Shown: positions 37,191 to 45,885 of the stretch, one piece after another
Position numbering within the stretch: the stretch's first letter is position 1
Layout of the letters: every line of letters begins with the position of its first letter
Origin: Candidatus Woesearchaeota archaeon
Lineage (GTDB): Archaea > Nanobdellota > Nanobdellia > Woesearchaeales > WJKL01
DNA: 47,863 bases
Reading direction: 5' to 3'
Assembly (NCBI GenBank): GCA_019322535.1
Contig: JAHWIM010000006.1
Span: 1-47,863 of the forward strand
The notes under the pieces: generated by a model
What the model saw: only the letters and a program-made list of their open reading frames with translations
Told to the model about the DNA's origin: nothing
The model's database searches: none
Program-made: the position numbers and the translations under genes

Positions 37191-37328
37191 ATGGTTACAG
37201 AGCCTAAGAAGAGATGTCCTATCTGCAACAGTGAAATTAAAGGCAATGCTGAAATTCTATATTACTGCAAAAGATGCAACCTGTTTTTTACAGAGAAAAA
37301 CCTTTATAAATTATTTAAAAAAGAATAG
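37191..37328 (+). CDS. Small zinc-ribbon protein
   Basis: 45 aa, MVTEPKKRCPICNSE...YYCKRCNLFF (CPxC...CxxC). TATTTAAA lies 21 nt upstream of this ATG. Confidence 0.45.
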   Translation: MVTEPKKRCPICNSEIKGNAEILYYCKRCNLFFTEKNLYKLFKKE

Positions 37329-37378
37329 GCTTTAATCTGCTTATTTTGTTACTTATAAGTGATTACAAAACCGAAAGA

Positions 37379-37386
37379 TTTATATA
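37379..37386 (+). promoter_or_regulatory. Candidate TATA box for tfb
   Basis: CGAAAG followed by TTTATATA, which would give a leader of about 65 nt. A second TATA-like CTATATAT at about 37404 is an alternative. Confidence 0.4.
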
Positions 37387-37476
37387 CTAGTAGATACTCT
37401 AAATCTATATATTATAGGGTGGGTTCTCGGGGTTTTAAGAAAAAGTCAGAATTAACCCTATAGGAGTTTGTCAAAA

Positions 37477-38391
37477 ATGGAAGAAAAAAGAAAATGTCCA
37501 GATTGTGGTGATAATCACTTTTTCATAAACAGGGAAAAAGGAGAAATTATTTGTAAAAGCTGTAGCTGCGTTGTAGAGGATTCTATGGTTGATTTTGGCA
37601 GAGAAAGAATTATAGATACTGAAGATTTTGAAAAGAAATCTAGAACAGGAGCTCCTTTTGATCCTAGAGTTGCTAATAATTTGATTACTGAAGTTGGTGC
37701 GCCTTCTGATATTAGAAAATTACCTAAAAGCACACAGATGTTAATGAACAGAATTAGAAAAAAGAACAAATGGACATCTAGTTCTTTAGAACAAAATTTA
37801 GGAGCTGGATTAACACATTTGAAAATGATTTGCGAGCATTTGAAAATGCCTGAAGTAGTTGGCAAAGAAGCAGCTAGAATATTTAGAATGAGCGCTGAAA
37901 AAGGCTTGACAAGAGCTAGAAGCAGAGAAAATATTGTTGCTGCATGTATTTATATTGCTTCTAAATTAAATGCAATGCCTAAAACTTTGAATGAGGTTTG
38001 CGAAGCAGCTAGAATAGATAAGAAAGCTTTAGCAAAAACATATAAGTTGTTAGTTAGAAGTCTTGAAATAAAGATTTTACCAACTACACCTGTTGATTTA
38101 TTAGGAAGATTTGCTTCTGAATTAAAGCTTGATCCTAAAGTACAAACAGACTCTGCAAAGATAATTAAGCAAATAGAAAAAGTTGGTGCTAACAGCGGTA
38201 AAAACCCAACAAGTTTAGCAGCTACTGCTTTATATTTAGCTACATTAAAGAATAAAACAAGAGTTACACAAAAACAAATTTCTGATGTAAGCGGAATTAC
38301 AGAAACAACTTTAAGAAACAGATGCAAAGAAATGATGAAGAAATTAGGCTTAAGCAAAAAAGAATTCAAAAGAGTTAAAGTTACTAGGTGA
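37477..38391 (+). CDS. tfb: Transcription initiation factor IIB (TFB)
   Basis: N-terminal Zn ribbon CPDCGDNHFF..GEIICKSCSCV, B-linker and two cyclin-fold repeats (IVAACIYIASKLNAMPKTLNEV, SLAATALYLATL). TAGGAG lies 10 nt upstream of the ATG at 37477. Confidence 0.9.
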   Translation: MEEKRKCPDCGDNHFFINREKGEIICKSCSCVVEDSMVDFGRERIIDTEDFEKKSRTGAPFDPRVANNLITEVGAPSDIRKLPKSTQMLMNRIRKKNKWTSSSLEQNLGAGLTHLKMICEHLKMPEVVGKEAARIFRMSAEKGLTRARSRENIVAACIYIASKLNAMPKTLNEVCEAARIDKKALAKTYKLLVRSLEIKILPTTPVDLLGRFASELKLDPKVQTDSAKIIKQIEKVGANSGKNPTSLAATALYLATLKNKTRVTQKQISDVSGITETTLRNRCKEMMKKLGLSKKEFKRVKVTR

Positions 38392-38708
38392 TAAAAGTGT
38401 ATTTTCCACAAACTCAAACTCCATTAAGAGCAGAAATGCAAGCAGCTGGTGTTTTTCATTCTTTAGCTAGACTCGGAGGAGGAACATCTTGGGAAAGAGA
38501 AATTGGTCCAACATTAACAAGTGTAAGAACAAACATTCCAGGAACAATAGAATATAAAGCAGTAGCAATGGTAGATGAGATGCTTGATAAGTTAGGTATT
38601 AGACGATCTCATTTTTCAACAAATCATTATACATTTGCAAGAAAACAGAGAAGATTGGATTATGCATCTGCAAGAACACACTCTATGGAGAATAAAAAAA
38701 GGAAGTGA
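38388..38708 (+). CDS. Hypothetical protein
   Basis: About 103-106 aa. It overlaps the tfb stop. The likely start is the GTG at 38397, which has AGGTGA 5 nt upstream. No family recognised. Confidence 0.4.
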   Translation: MIKVYFPQTQTPLRAEMQAAGVFHSLARLGGGTSWEREIGPTLTSVRTNIPGTIEYKAVAMVDEMLDKLGIRRSHFSTNHYTFARKQRRLDYASARTHSMENKKRK

Positions 38709-39046
38709 ACAATAAAATGCCAGAAGAAAGACCAATATTATTAACAGAATTGTTAACTCAGGAACAACCTGATGCAGAAAAGGTTTTTGTAGAACTTATA
38801 GACCATGTAGTAAAAGGTTATTTTATATACAGCGGTGTTGTTACTGCAAATTTTGGTAAGATTCCTTTTTCAGATGATCAACTTGAAAAATTATCTCTTG
38901 CGTTATCTGCTGGTATTGAAAAATACAAAAGAATACAAAAATTAGTAACGGAATATGAAGCAGTTCGTAGTTGTATTACAGCAGAGAGAACCAGGAGAAA
39001 CAATCCAAACAGCACAAATGCTATGGGATATAACCATAAATCTTAA
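38705..39046 (+). CDS. Hypothetical protein
   Basis: 109-113 aa. The start is either the GTG at 38705, overlapping the previous stop, or the ATG at 38717. No family recognised. Confidence 0.4.
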   Translation: MNNKMPEERPILLTELLTQEQPDAEKVFVELIDHVVKGYFIYSGVVTANFGKIPFSDDQLEKLSLALSAGIEKYKRIQKLVTEYEAVRSCITAERTRRNNPNSTNAMGYNHKS

Positions 39047-39084
39047 TTTTTTTAGAATTATAATTTGTTTGTCTATGATTTTCA

Positions 39085-39285
39085 ATGGAAACCGTTAAGA
39101 TGTCAATTAAAAAACTATTGGGCTTGGAAGGAGAAGAGATATTTGATAGAGATATAATTGCAAAGATTAAAGAAGCAAAGAAAAAGGGTGAAGAGTTTGT
39201 TGAATTTTTAAAAAAAGATGGCTCAAAAGTACAAATTAAACTTACAAGCATACTTTTTGATCATGTAACTAGATTAGGTGAATAA
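39085..39285 (+). CDS. Small conserved hypothetical protein, paralog of 27396..27584
   Basis: The start is the ATG at 39085 or the ATG at 39100 (MSIKKLLGL...). The paralog alignment favours 39100. Confidence 0.5.
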   Translation: METVKMSIKKLLGLEGEEIFDRDIIAKIKEAKKKGEEFVEFLKKDGSKVQIKLTSILFDHVTRLGE

Positions 39286-39287
39286 AA

Positions 39288-39668
39288 ATGTATCATCAAA
39301 CAAGAATTAAAACAGCAGTAAGATTTGAAGAAGAACCTGATTATTCAGATGCTACAAGACAAAGGTTTGTTGATAATTTTTCTAAGCAAATAGAATTAAG
39401 ATTAAGACTTGATCCAGAAGCAAAGCCAGTTCCTTACAAATGTCCTGATGCAGAATCTACAACTGAATGGTATGATAGAAGAGCTGAAAATATAAGACAT
39501 TTAGAAGGTTTATTTTCAAGAGATCTTGCTGAAATGAGCAGAAGAGAAGTTATTGATGATGAAACACGTGTAAGTGCAAAAGTTGCCTTAGGAAAAGCAG
39601 TTAAAAGCGCAAGAGAACAAGCTAGTTTAGATTATCAGTTAAGAAATATAGAGATATTATCAAATTAA
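39288..39668 (+). CDS. Hypothetical protein
   Basis: 126 aa, with its ATG 2 nt after the previous stop. Charged and helical; no family recognised. Confidence 0.45.
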   Translation: MYHQTRIKTAVRFEEEPDYSDATRQRFVDNFSKQIELRLRLDPEAKPVPYKCPDAESTTEWYDRRAENIRHLEGLFSRDLAEMSRREVIDDETRVSAKVALGKAVKSAREQASLDYQLRNIEILSN

Positions 39669-40528
39669 ATAATTGATTTCAAATAATCTTTCTTATACTT
39701 AAAACCTTTTTTTCTAGCTAATCTGTAAATAGCCTTATCAAATTTAGAACCATATTGGGCTGCTTTTTTCTTTCTCCATGCAATTTGTTTTGGCAAGCCA
39801 AGCTCTTCAGAAATTTTTCTTAGAATAACTTTTTTGTATTGTTTGTTTAGTTTTTGTTTTCCAGAAATTTTCATTGCTGTTTTAATCAAATCAGAATCTA
39901 AAAAAGGCGTTAATATCCCTATTTTTAACTTAGTAGCAATAGGAATGTCTCTTAGCAAATCTCTTTTATACATTGATTTAAGTCCTTTCCAGCATTCTTT
40001 GTTTACATCTTTTGCAGAAATATGTCTTTCATATCCTGCAAACAATTCTTCTGAGCCTAAGCCAGAAAATAAAACATTAATTTTATCTTTTTTAGCTAAT
40101 TGTGCAGCAGCGTAAACAACAGAACCAACTCCAACTTTCATAACGAGCGAAGAGTCAGACTTCGTCTGAGTACCAGCTCCAACTATCTTTGTTACTGCTT
40201 TTATGATTTTTTCTGCTTCTGATAATGAAAAAACTTTATACTTTAATTTAATTTTCAATAATTTTGCTGCTTTTTTTGCTGCTTCAATATCAGCAGCATT
40301 TTCTATACCAACTGCATAACAGATAAAATTTGCTTTTGCTTTTTTGCAGATAAAAGCTATTAAAGAAGAATCTATGCCTCCTGAAAACATTATACCAAAC
40401 TTCTTTTTTTGTATTCTTTTTTTAATTGAAGTTATTAATTGTTTTTTTAATTCTGCTTTAGTTGCTTTTGCTTTAGTCTTTAAACTATCAATATGTTTTA
40501 TCCATTCTTTTTCTGAGATTAATTTCAT
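39665..40528 (-). CDS. Asparagine synthetase C-terminal-domain-like PP-loop protein (no glutaminase domain)
   Basis: 287 aa with FGIMFSGGIDSSLIAF (PP-loop) and LFSGLGSEELFAGYERH, typical of the AsnB synthetase domain. Confidence 0.65.
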   Translation of the reverse strand: MKLISEKEWIKHIDSLKTKAKATKAELKKQLITSIKKRIQKKKFGIMFSGGIDSSLIAFICKKAKANFICYAVGIENAADIEAAKKAAKLLKIKLKYKVFSLSEAEKIIKAVTKIVGAGTQTKSDSSLVMKVGVGSVVYAAAQLAKKDKINVLFSGLGSEELFAGYERHISAKDVNKECWKGLKSMYKRDLLRDIPIATKLKIGILTPFLDSDLIKTAMKISGKQKLNKQYKKVILRKISEELGLPKQIAWRKKKAAQYGSKFDKAIYRLARKKGFKYKKDYLKSII

Positions 40529-40614
40529 TTTTTAATGTGTTGTGGAATGCAATAAACTATTTAAATATATGTTGTTTTATTCATTAAAAAGAGGAATTCT
40601 TACGGTTGTTAAGA

Positions 40615-41202
40615 ATGGGAGATGAAGATACTCAAGAAGAAAAAGATGAAAGAACGATTATTATAATTAAACCAGAAGGACTTTCAAAAGACTGGAAGGT
40701 TTTAGGCAGAGATGTTTTTACATATGCGTTGGGTAGACTTGATGCAATTGATGACATTGAAGTAACTCATGCAAGAACTCTTATTGCTGACAGAGATAGA
40801 ATTGCTAATACTTATATTCAACATAAAGAAAAGCCTTTTTACGAGCTATTTTTTCCTTATTTTGTAGGTAATCAGATACATGTAGCTATTTATGAAGGCA
40901 AAGGAGTTATTAAAAAAGTTATGGCAGAATGTGGAAATAAAGATCCTGCTTTAGCAAGACGAGAGTGGCTTGGAGTGCTAAGACCAGAATATGGAGAAAT
41001 AGATGCTGAAAAAGCACTGACTGATCCAGAATTAATGCAAAGATTTCCTCCTCCTTTAAGAGCATTAAGTAATGATAGCTTAGAGGCTGCAATAAAAGAA
41101 GAAAGAATGGTCAGAAACCTTATCCATAGAGCTGATAGTGAAGGAGCTGCTGAAAGAACAATAGGTATTTGGTATCCTGAATTAGCTAGATTTTTTCAAT
41201 AA
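40615..41202 (+). CDS. Divergent nucleoside-diphosphate-kinase-like protein
   Basis: ERTIIIIKPEG, HKEKPFYELFFPYFVG and NLIHRADSEGAAERTIGIWYP correspond to NDK signatures including the catalytic His, but there is an extra segment before the His. Confidence 0.55.
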   Translation: MGDEDTQEEKDERTIIIIKPEGLSKDWKVLGRDVFTYALGRLDAIDDIEVTHARTLIADRDRIANTYIQHKEKPFYELFFPYFVGNQIHVAIYEGKGVIKKVMAECGNKDPALARREWLGVLRPEYGEIDAEKALTDPELMQRFPPPLRALSNDSLEAAIKEERMVRNLIHRADSEGAAERTIGIWYPELARFFQ

Positions 41203-41862
41203 CTGAATTTCTTTAAAAATTAATTTTCCTGTATTTTCAGATTCCATTACAATATCAGAATCCCAGATTTCTAATCTTTTCTTAAACAAAGGGCAGTCTA
41301 GGACAAAGCTTTCGTATTCTCCTCCTTCTCCTGCTATATGGATATTTGTTTTTTTTAAATCTTCAATTAAATTTCTATCAATTTTTCTTCCTAAAAATGA
41401 TTCATTTAAACCTTCTGCTGCAACACCAACAATAATTGCTTCAAATTTATCAAGAATTAGTGCTCTCATATATTGTTCTGGATCCATATGCCACATTGGA
41501 GCAACTGTTTTTAATTCTAATTCTGTGCAGATATTTTCAACTCTTTGTTTTTGATATTGAGAAGCTAAAGCACCTGCGCAAACACCTTGAATTTTATATT
41601 TGTCTTTTGCTAATTTAATTGCTTGTTTTAAATCTTTAAGTTCTTCTTCTTTTATTCCTGAAGTTGGAAGCATTACTAATGGCAAATCTGCTGCTTCTGC
41701 TTGTTTTGGAACAAATTCAATGTTTGGAACATGAAACATCCAAGAATCTTCTCTTTCTGGATTTAAAGTTATTAAACAAACTATTTCATGAGCTAGTTTT
41801 TTTGCCTGATAAGCTGCATACCAGCTGTCTTTTCCACCTGAGATTAATGCTGCTAATTTCAT
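41182..41862 (-). CDS. Diphthine-ammonia ligase-like ATP-binding protein (Dph6/MJ0570 family)
   Basis: 226 aa with MKLAALISGGKDSWYA (PP-loop), CAGALASQYQ and AGEGGEYESFVLDCPLF. Confidence 0.75.
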   Translation of the reverse strand: MKLAALISGGKDSWYAAYQAKKLAHEIVCLITLNPEREDSWMFHVPNIEFVPKQAEAADLPLVMLPTSGIKEEELKDLKQAIKLAKDKYKIQGVCAGALASQYQKQRVENICTELELKTVAPMWHMDPEQYMRALILDKFEAIIVGVAAEGLNESFLGRKIDRNLIEDLKKTNIHIAGEGGEYESFVLDCPLFKKRLEIWDSDIVMESENTGKLIFKEIQLLKKSS

Positions 41863-41918
41863 AAGTAACAGAATTAGATTAATGTTTAAAAACCTATTGA
41901 AAAATGAATATTAGGGAT

Positions 41919-42059
41919 TTATTTTTTTGGTTGTTCTGGTGGAACTGGTTTTTCTGGTTCTGGTGGCTGCGGCTGTGGTGGTGTTTTCTTTTTTCTGAAT
42001 ACCATAAAGATGATTGCAGCTATTACAAGAACTCCAACAACTACTTCTGCTGATACCAT
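41919..42059 (-). CDS. Possible small TM protein with a Pro-rich tail (46 aa)
   Basis: Read by hand as MVSAEVVVGVLVIAAIIFMVFRKKKTPPQPQPPEPEKPVPPEQPKK. It has one clean TM helix plus a positive-inside stop-transfer sequence. Below the ORF-track cutoff. Confidence 0.3.
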   Translation of the reverse strand: MVSAEVVVGVLVIAAIIFMVFRKKKTPPQPQPPEPEKPVPPEQPKK

Positions 42060-42149
42060 TTAATCACCCTGTTTTTTTGAATTTCTTTGATTATATAAAT
42101 ATATATGTTATAGAAAAGTTTTTAAGAACTAAGAATTATTTTTCTCAAT

Positions 42150-42635
42150 ATGAAAGTTGGACTTTATATTGGAAGATTTCAGCCGTTTCATCTTGGGCAT
42201 TTGTCTGTTATTAAGGATGCTTTGAAACAAGTAGATAGGATAATGATAGGTCTTGGGAGTTCTCAAGAAGGAAGAACTAAGAAAAATCCTTTCACAGCAA
42301 AAGAAAGAAGCAAGATGATTAAAGCAGCTTTAAAAGAAGCTAAGATTAGCCCTAGGAAATATAAATTAGTTCTATTAAAAGATATTTTAGAATGTGATGA
42401 AGTTTGGGTTAAATATGTTTTGAAGAAAATTGGAAGGTTTCAGATTCTTTGGACAGGGAATCCTTGGATGAAAAGATGTTTTAAGGATGTTAAGAGTGTT
42501 AAACTAAAGAATGTTAAAAAAGAAGTTGATGTTTCTAGCACAAAGATTAGAAGATTATTAAAAGGAAAAGGATGGGAGAGATTAGTGCCAAAGTCTGTTT
42601 CTAAAGAGATTAAAAGAATGAAAAGGTTTATATAG
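42150..42635 (+). CDS. nadM: Nicotinamide-nucleotide adenylyltransferase, archaeal type
   Basis: 161 aa with IGRFQPFHLGHL (HxGH) and VSSTKIRR (ISSTxxR). Confidence 0.8.
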   Translation: MKVGLYIGRFQPFHLGHLSVIKDALKQVDRIMIGLGSSQEGRTKKNPFTAKERSKMIKAALKEAKISPRKYKLVLLKDILECDEVWVKYVLKKIGRFQILWTGNPWMKRCFKDVKSVKLKNVKKEVDVSSTKIRRLLKGKGWERLVPKSVSKEIKRMKRFI

Positions 42636-42671
42636 GTTAAATTCAATTTATTATAAACCGGGGTGGTTTTA

Positions 42672-43367
42672 ATGAAAAAAATATTATTTGCAATATTAGT
42701 TTTAAGTATTCTTATTGTTAGTGGCTGTAAAGCTCCAGAAGAAGCAGGAGTTACAGTAGCACCAACAACTGGAACACCTACTGTAAGAGAGGTTAGTACA
42801 GGGCAAGAAGCTGTTATTAAAGGTCCTGCATTAACTCAGGAATTAAAGACACTGCTTGCAAAAGCTAATACTGTAGATTCTATAGAATATTTCTACAAAG
42901 AAGCTGAAAAAGGCGGACAGTATTATGTTATGGGAAATAATATGAAGATAGTATTCCCAATGAAAAGGCAAGTTGAAAGAACAAATATGCATTATGACAG
43001 TGTTTATGTGGACCTTGTTAAAAAAACTGCTGTGGGATATTGTGAAGTAGATGGGGATTGCCCGATATTGGAGGAAGATCAGCCTAGAGAGGTAGATTTC
43101 AATGACTTTTATACAGAAACTCCTTTTGATATATTAGATGCTATTACTTCTGGTGAGAAAGAAAGTGAAGAAACTATTGAAGGCAAAAAAGCTATAATCA
43201 TTAAAGTTCCTTTAAGCAGTGTAAGAATTCAGAGAGTATGGGTATGGGATTATAAAGGAATTCCATTAAGATACACTATTGAAGATGAAGAAGGAAACTT
43301 AATTAAAAAAGTTGATTACACTGGCTTGTCAGCAAACACTGTTAAGATGAGTGATGTAACTAAATAA
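42672..43367 (+). CDS. Hypothetical lipoprotein
   Basis: MKKILFAILVLSILIVSGC is a signal peptide with lipobox. GGGGTGG lies 6 nt upstream of the ATG at 42672. The ORF-track GTG at 42663 is less likely. Confidence 0.55.
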   Translation: MKKILFAILVLSILIVSGCKAPEEAGVTVAPTTGTPTVREVSTGQEAVIKGPALTQELKTLLAKANTVDSIEYFYKEAEKGGQYYVMGNNMKIVFPMKRQVERTNMHYDSVYVDLVKKTAVGYCEVDGDCPILEEDQPREVDFNDFYTETPFDILDAITSGEKESEETIEGKKAIIIKVPLSSVRIQRVWVWDYKGIPLRYTIEDEEGNLIKKVDYTGLSANTVKMSDVTK

Positions 43368-43369
43368 AA

Positions 43370-43428
43370 TATTTTCATGAAAATACCTAAGGGTATTTTC
43401 AGGACACAGAAAATCCTGCGGATTTTCT
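43370..43428. terminator. Hairpin pair between the convergent lipoprotein and dnaJ genes
   Basis: A 16-nt palindrome TATTTTCATGAAAATA overlaps TGAAAATACC-taag-GGTATTTTCA (43378..43401). After ggacac comes AGAAAATCC-tgc-GGATTTTCT (43408..43428), then a T-tract. Confidence 0.55.
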
Positions 43429-43444
43429 CGTGTTTTTCTTTTTT

Positions 43445-44548
43445 TTAAAATAATTTATTAAAGAAAGAGCTTTTATCTGTTTTTCCAAATTCTTTTAGCA
43501 ATTGTTTTTGTTTTTTTGTGAGTTTTTTAGGTGTTACAATCTTTATTTCTACGTTTTGGTTTCCATTGCCATCTCCATGTAGGCTTGGAACTCCTTTTCC
43601 TCTCATTCTGAATGTTGTTCCTGTTTGTGTTCCTGCTGGTATTTTTAATGTTGCTTTTCCTTTCAATGTAGGAACTTCTATTTCACCACCTAATGCTGCT
43701 ATTGTAAAGGGTATTGGAACTTCTATAAACAAATCATTTCCATGTCTTTCAAATAATTTATGGTCTTTTACATGAATGACAATGTATAAGTTACCTGTAG
43801 CTGCTCCTTTTTGGCCTGCTTCTCCTTCTCCTACTACTCTAAGATTTGTTCCTGTTTCTGCTCCTGCTGGAATTTTTACTTCTAATTTTCTTGTTTTTTC
43901 AACTCTGCCTTCTCCATGGCATTTTGAGCATTGTTTTTTTACTATATTTCCTTCTCCATGGCAGTTTCTGCATGTTGATTGTGTTGCAAATATTCCAAAA
44001 GGTGTTCTTTGTGTTCTTCTTGAAACTCCTGTTCCATTGCAGTCAGGACAATTTTGAATTCCTGAACCTCCTTTACCATCACATTCAGAACATTTTTCTA
44101 ATCTTGGAATTGTTATTGTTTTTGTTGTTCCTTCTGCTGCCTCTTCTAAAGTAATTTCTAAATCATATCTTAAATCATGGCCTCTTGCTCTGCCTTTTCT
44201 TCTTCTGCCAAAGATATCAGAGCCCCCAAAGAATGATTCAAAAATATTATCAAAATCAAATCCTGCACCAAAGATATTATCCATCACATCAGAGAAATCA
44301 AATCCTCCAAAACCCTGCCTTCCAAAGTCTTCTGCTGTTGTTCCAAATTGATCATATTGATTTCTTTTTTCATCATCTGCTAAAACAGCAGCTGCTTCAT
44401 TTATTTCTTTGAATTTGTCAGCAGCATCAGGCTTATCTTTATTCAAATCAGGATGATATTTCTTTGCTAATTTTTTATAAGCTCTTTTAATCTCTTCTTT
44501 TGTAGCAGTTTTCTCTACTCCTAGAATTTTGTAATAGTCCTTAGCCAT
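43445..44548 (-). CDS. dnaJ: Chaperone DnaJ
   Basis: [11 protein letters not shown]...[10 protein letters not shown] is the J domain, followed by a G/F-rich linker and four CxxCxGxG repeats. Start taken at the ATG at 44548, 1 nt after the upstream stop. The ORF-track start at 44599 is an overextension. Confidence 0.9.
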   Translation of the reverse strand: MAKDYYKILGVEKTATKEEIKRAYKKLAKKYHPDLNKDKPDAADKFKEINEAAAVLADDEKRNQYDQFGTTAEDFGRQGFGGFDFSDVMDNIFGAGFDFDNIFESFFGGSDIFGRRRKGRARGHDLRYDLEITLEEAAEGTTKTITIPRLEKCSECDGKGGSGIQNCPDCNGTGVSRRTQRTPFGIFATQSTCRNCHGEGNIVKKQCSKCHGEGRVEKTRKLEVKIPAGAETGTNLRVVGEGEAGQKGAATGNLYIVIHVKDHKLFERHGNDLFIEVPIPFTIAALGGEIEVPTLKGKATLKIPAGTQTGTTFRMRGKGVPSLHGDGNGNQNVEIKIVTPKKLTKKQKQLLKEFGKTDKSSFFNKLF

Positions 44549-44549
44549 T

Positions 44550-45227
44550 TTATTGTTCTTCAGGAATATTTTGTGTTTGAATTTCTTCTTTACCGGCAAC
44601 TTCCTCTTCCTTTTCAGATGCAGCCGGAGCCTCTTCTTTAACTTCTTGTTTTTGTTTTCTCTTTAATGCTTTTAGTTTTCTTTGTTTTTCTTTTTCTTCT
44701 TCAATTGTTTGTGCTAATTTATGAGGTTTTAGATTTATTTTTGTGAAAATTTCTTTTTCTATTTTTGAAGCTTCTTTTTCTGCTTCATCTCTTCTTCCAC
44801 CTGTTTCATCAGGATATCTTCTTTTTGCATCTTCATGCCTTTCTTCTCTTGTTACAAGTTCATTATGCAAAACTCTCATGTCTGCATAATTCAATAGTTT
44901 TTCTTCCCATGTTTTTAATTGATTGTCAAGTAAATAAGGAAAACAGTGTTTTGGAATAAGTTCTGCAACTTCAGGATGATCTCCTCTTAACAATTCAAAA
45001 GCTAATTTGCCGTGATTTTCTGGCTCTTGATTTGTTTTTAGTTTATCAAGATCATGAAGCAAGGCAGCTGCTTCTAAAAGAGGAATATTAATTTTTTCTC
45101 CTGTTTTTTTCAATTCTTTTGCAAGAAAAACAGCTACTTTTGAAACTATTTGAGAATGCTCTATTATATGCGCAACAACATCATGCTCTTCTAGTATTTT
45201 CATGCATTGTTTTGGGTCTGGTATCAT
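44550..45227 (-). CDS. HD-domain phosphohydrolase with a K/E-rich C-terminal tail
   Basis: 225 aa with [13 protein letters not shown] and AALLHDLDK (H...HD). The tail is [24 protein letters not shown].... Confidence 0.7.
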   Translation of the reverse strand: MIPDPKQCMKILEEHDVVAHIIEHSQIVSKVAVFLAKELKKTGEKINIPLLEAAALLHDLDKLKTNQEPENHGKLAFELLRGDHPEVAELIPKHCFPYLLDNQLKTWEEKLLNYADMRVLHNELVTREERHEDAKRRYPDETGGRRDEAEKEASKIEKEIFTKINLKPHKLAQTIEEEKEKQRKLKALKRKQKQEVKEEAPAASEKEEEVAGKEEIQTQNIPEEQ

Positions 45228-45270
45228 TTTAAATTTCTCTGAAATTTAAAGCTTGAAAATCTTATGATTT

Positions 45271-45885
45271 TCATTGTTTTAACATTTGTTTTGGCTTTTC
45301 AACAAGAAAATCAGGGTTTGCTTTTAAAAGTTTATCTTTTTTATGAAATCCCCATGTGACAGCCATTGTTTTTAGCTTTACTTTTTTTGCTTCTTTTATA
45401 TCTCCTACTGTGTCTGTGACAAAAACAGCTTGGCTTGGTTTAATTTTTAATTTTTTTAAGCATAATCTTATTTTCTTTGTTTTATGTTCTTCATGCTCTG
45501 CTCCAATTATTAGTTTAAAGTTTTTTAGAATTCCTGCTTTTTTAAGATCATTTTTCATTACATCAGCGTAATTTGATGAAACAACTGCTAATTTGTATTT
45601 TTTTGAGAGTTTTTTTATTGTTTCAGGAATGTTTTTGAAAGATTTTGGATGTTTTGTTTTAAGTATTTTAATTGAATCTTTTTTTAGTTTTTCCATATCT
45701 GCATCTGTAACTCCTCTCTGCTCCATAGCAGTGTAGAAGTTTGTTTTATAGATTTCAAGGAATTCTTTTTTTGTTTTTATTTTTCTTTTGCAGTATTTAT
45801 CGCAAACAGTTTTTACTACATTCCAAGCTATGTTTATTGTATCAAAGATTACTCCGTCATAATCAAATATTAGTGCTTTAATCAT
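45271..45885 (-). CDS. HAD-superfamily hydrolase (phosphatase-like)
   Basis: 204 aa with LIFDYDGVIFDT (DxD), VVSSN and VTDTVGDIKEAK. Confidence 0.8.
   Translation of the reverse strand: MIKALIFDYDGVIFDTINIAWNVVKTVCDKYCKRKIKTKKEFLEIYKTNFYTAMEQRGVTDADMEKLKKDSIKILKTKHPKSFKNIPETIKKLSKKYKLAVVSSNYADVMKNDLKKAGILKNFKLIIGAEHEEHKTKKIRLCLKKLKIKPSQAVFVTDTVGDIKEAKKVKLKTMAVTWGFHKKDKLLKANPDFLVEKPKQMLKQ

Noticed and set aside
42014-42214. A 66-aa plus-strand ORF spanning the nadM start region
   Set aside because: It overlaps the better-supported NMNAT start and lies antisense to the small TM ORF. The L/Q-rich translation has no motif.
43518-44412. Four plus-strand ORFs across dnaJ
   Set aside because: They are antisense to a canonical DnaJ and have low-complexity L/F/P-rich translations.
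44549-44599. The ORF-track start of dnaJ at 44599 ([12 protein letters not shown]...)
   Set aside because: It would overlap the HD gene by 50 nt. The J domain begins at [11 protein letters not shown] at the ATG at 44548, 1 nt after the upstream stop.
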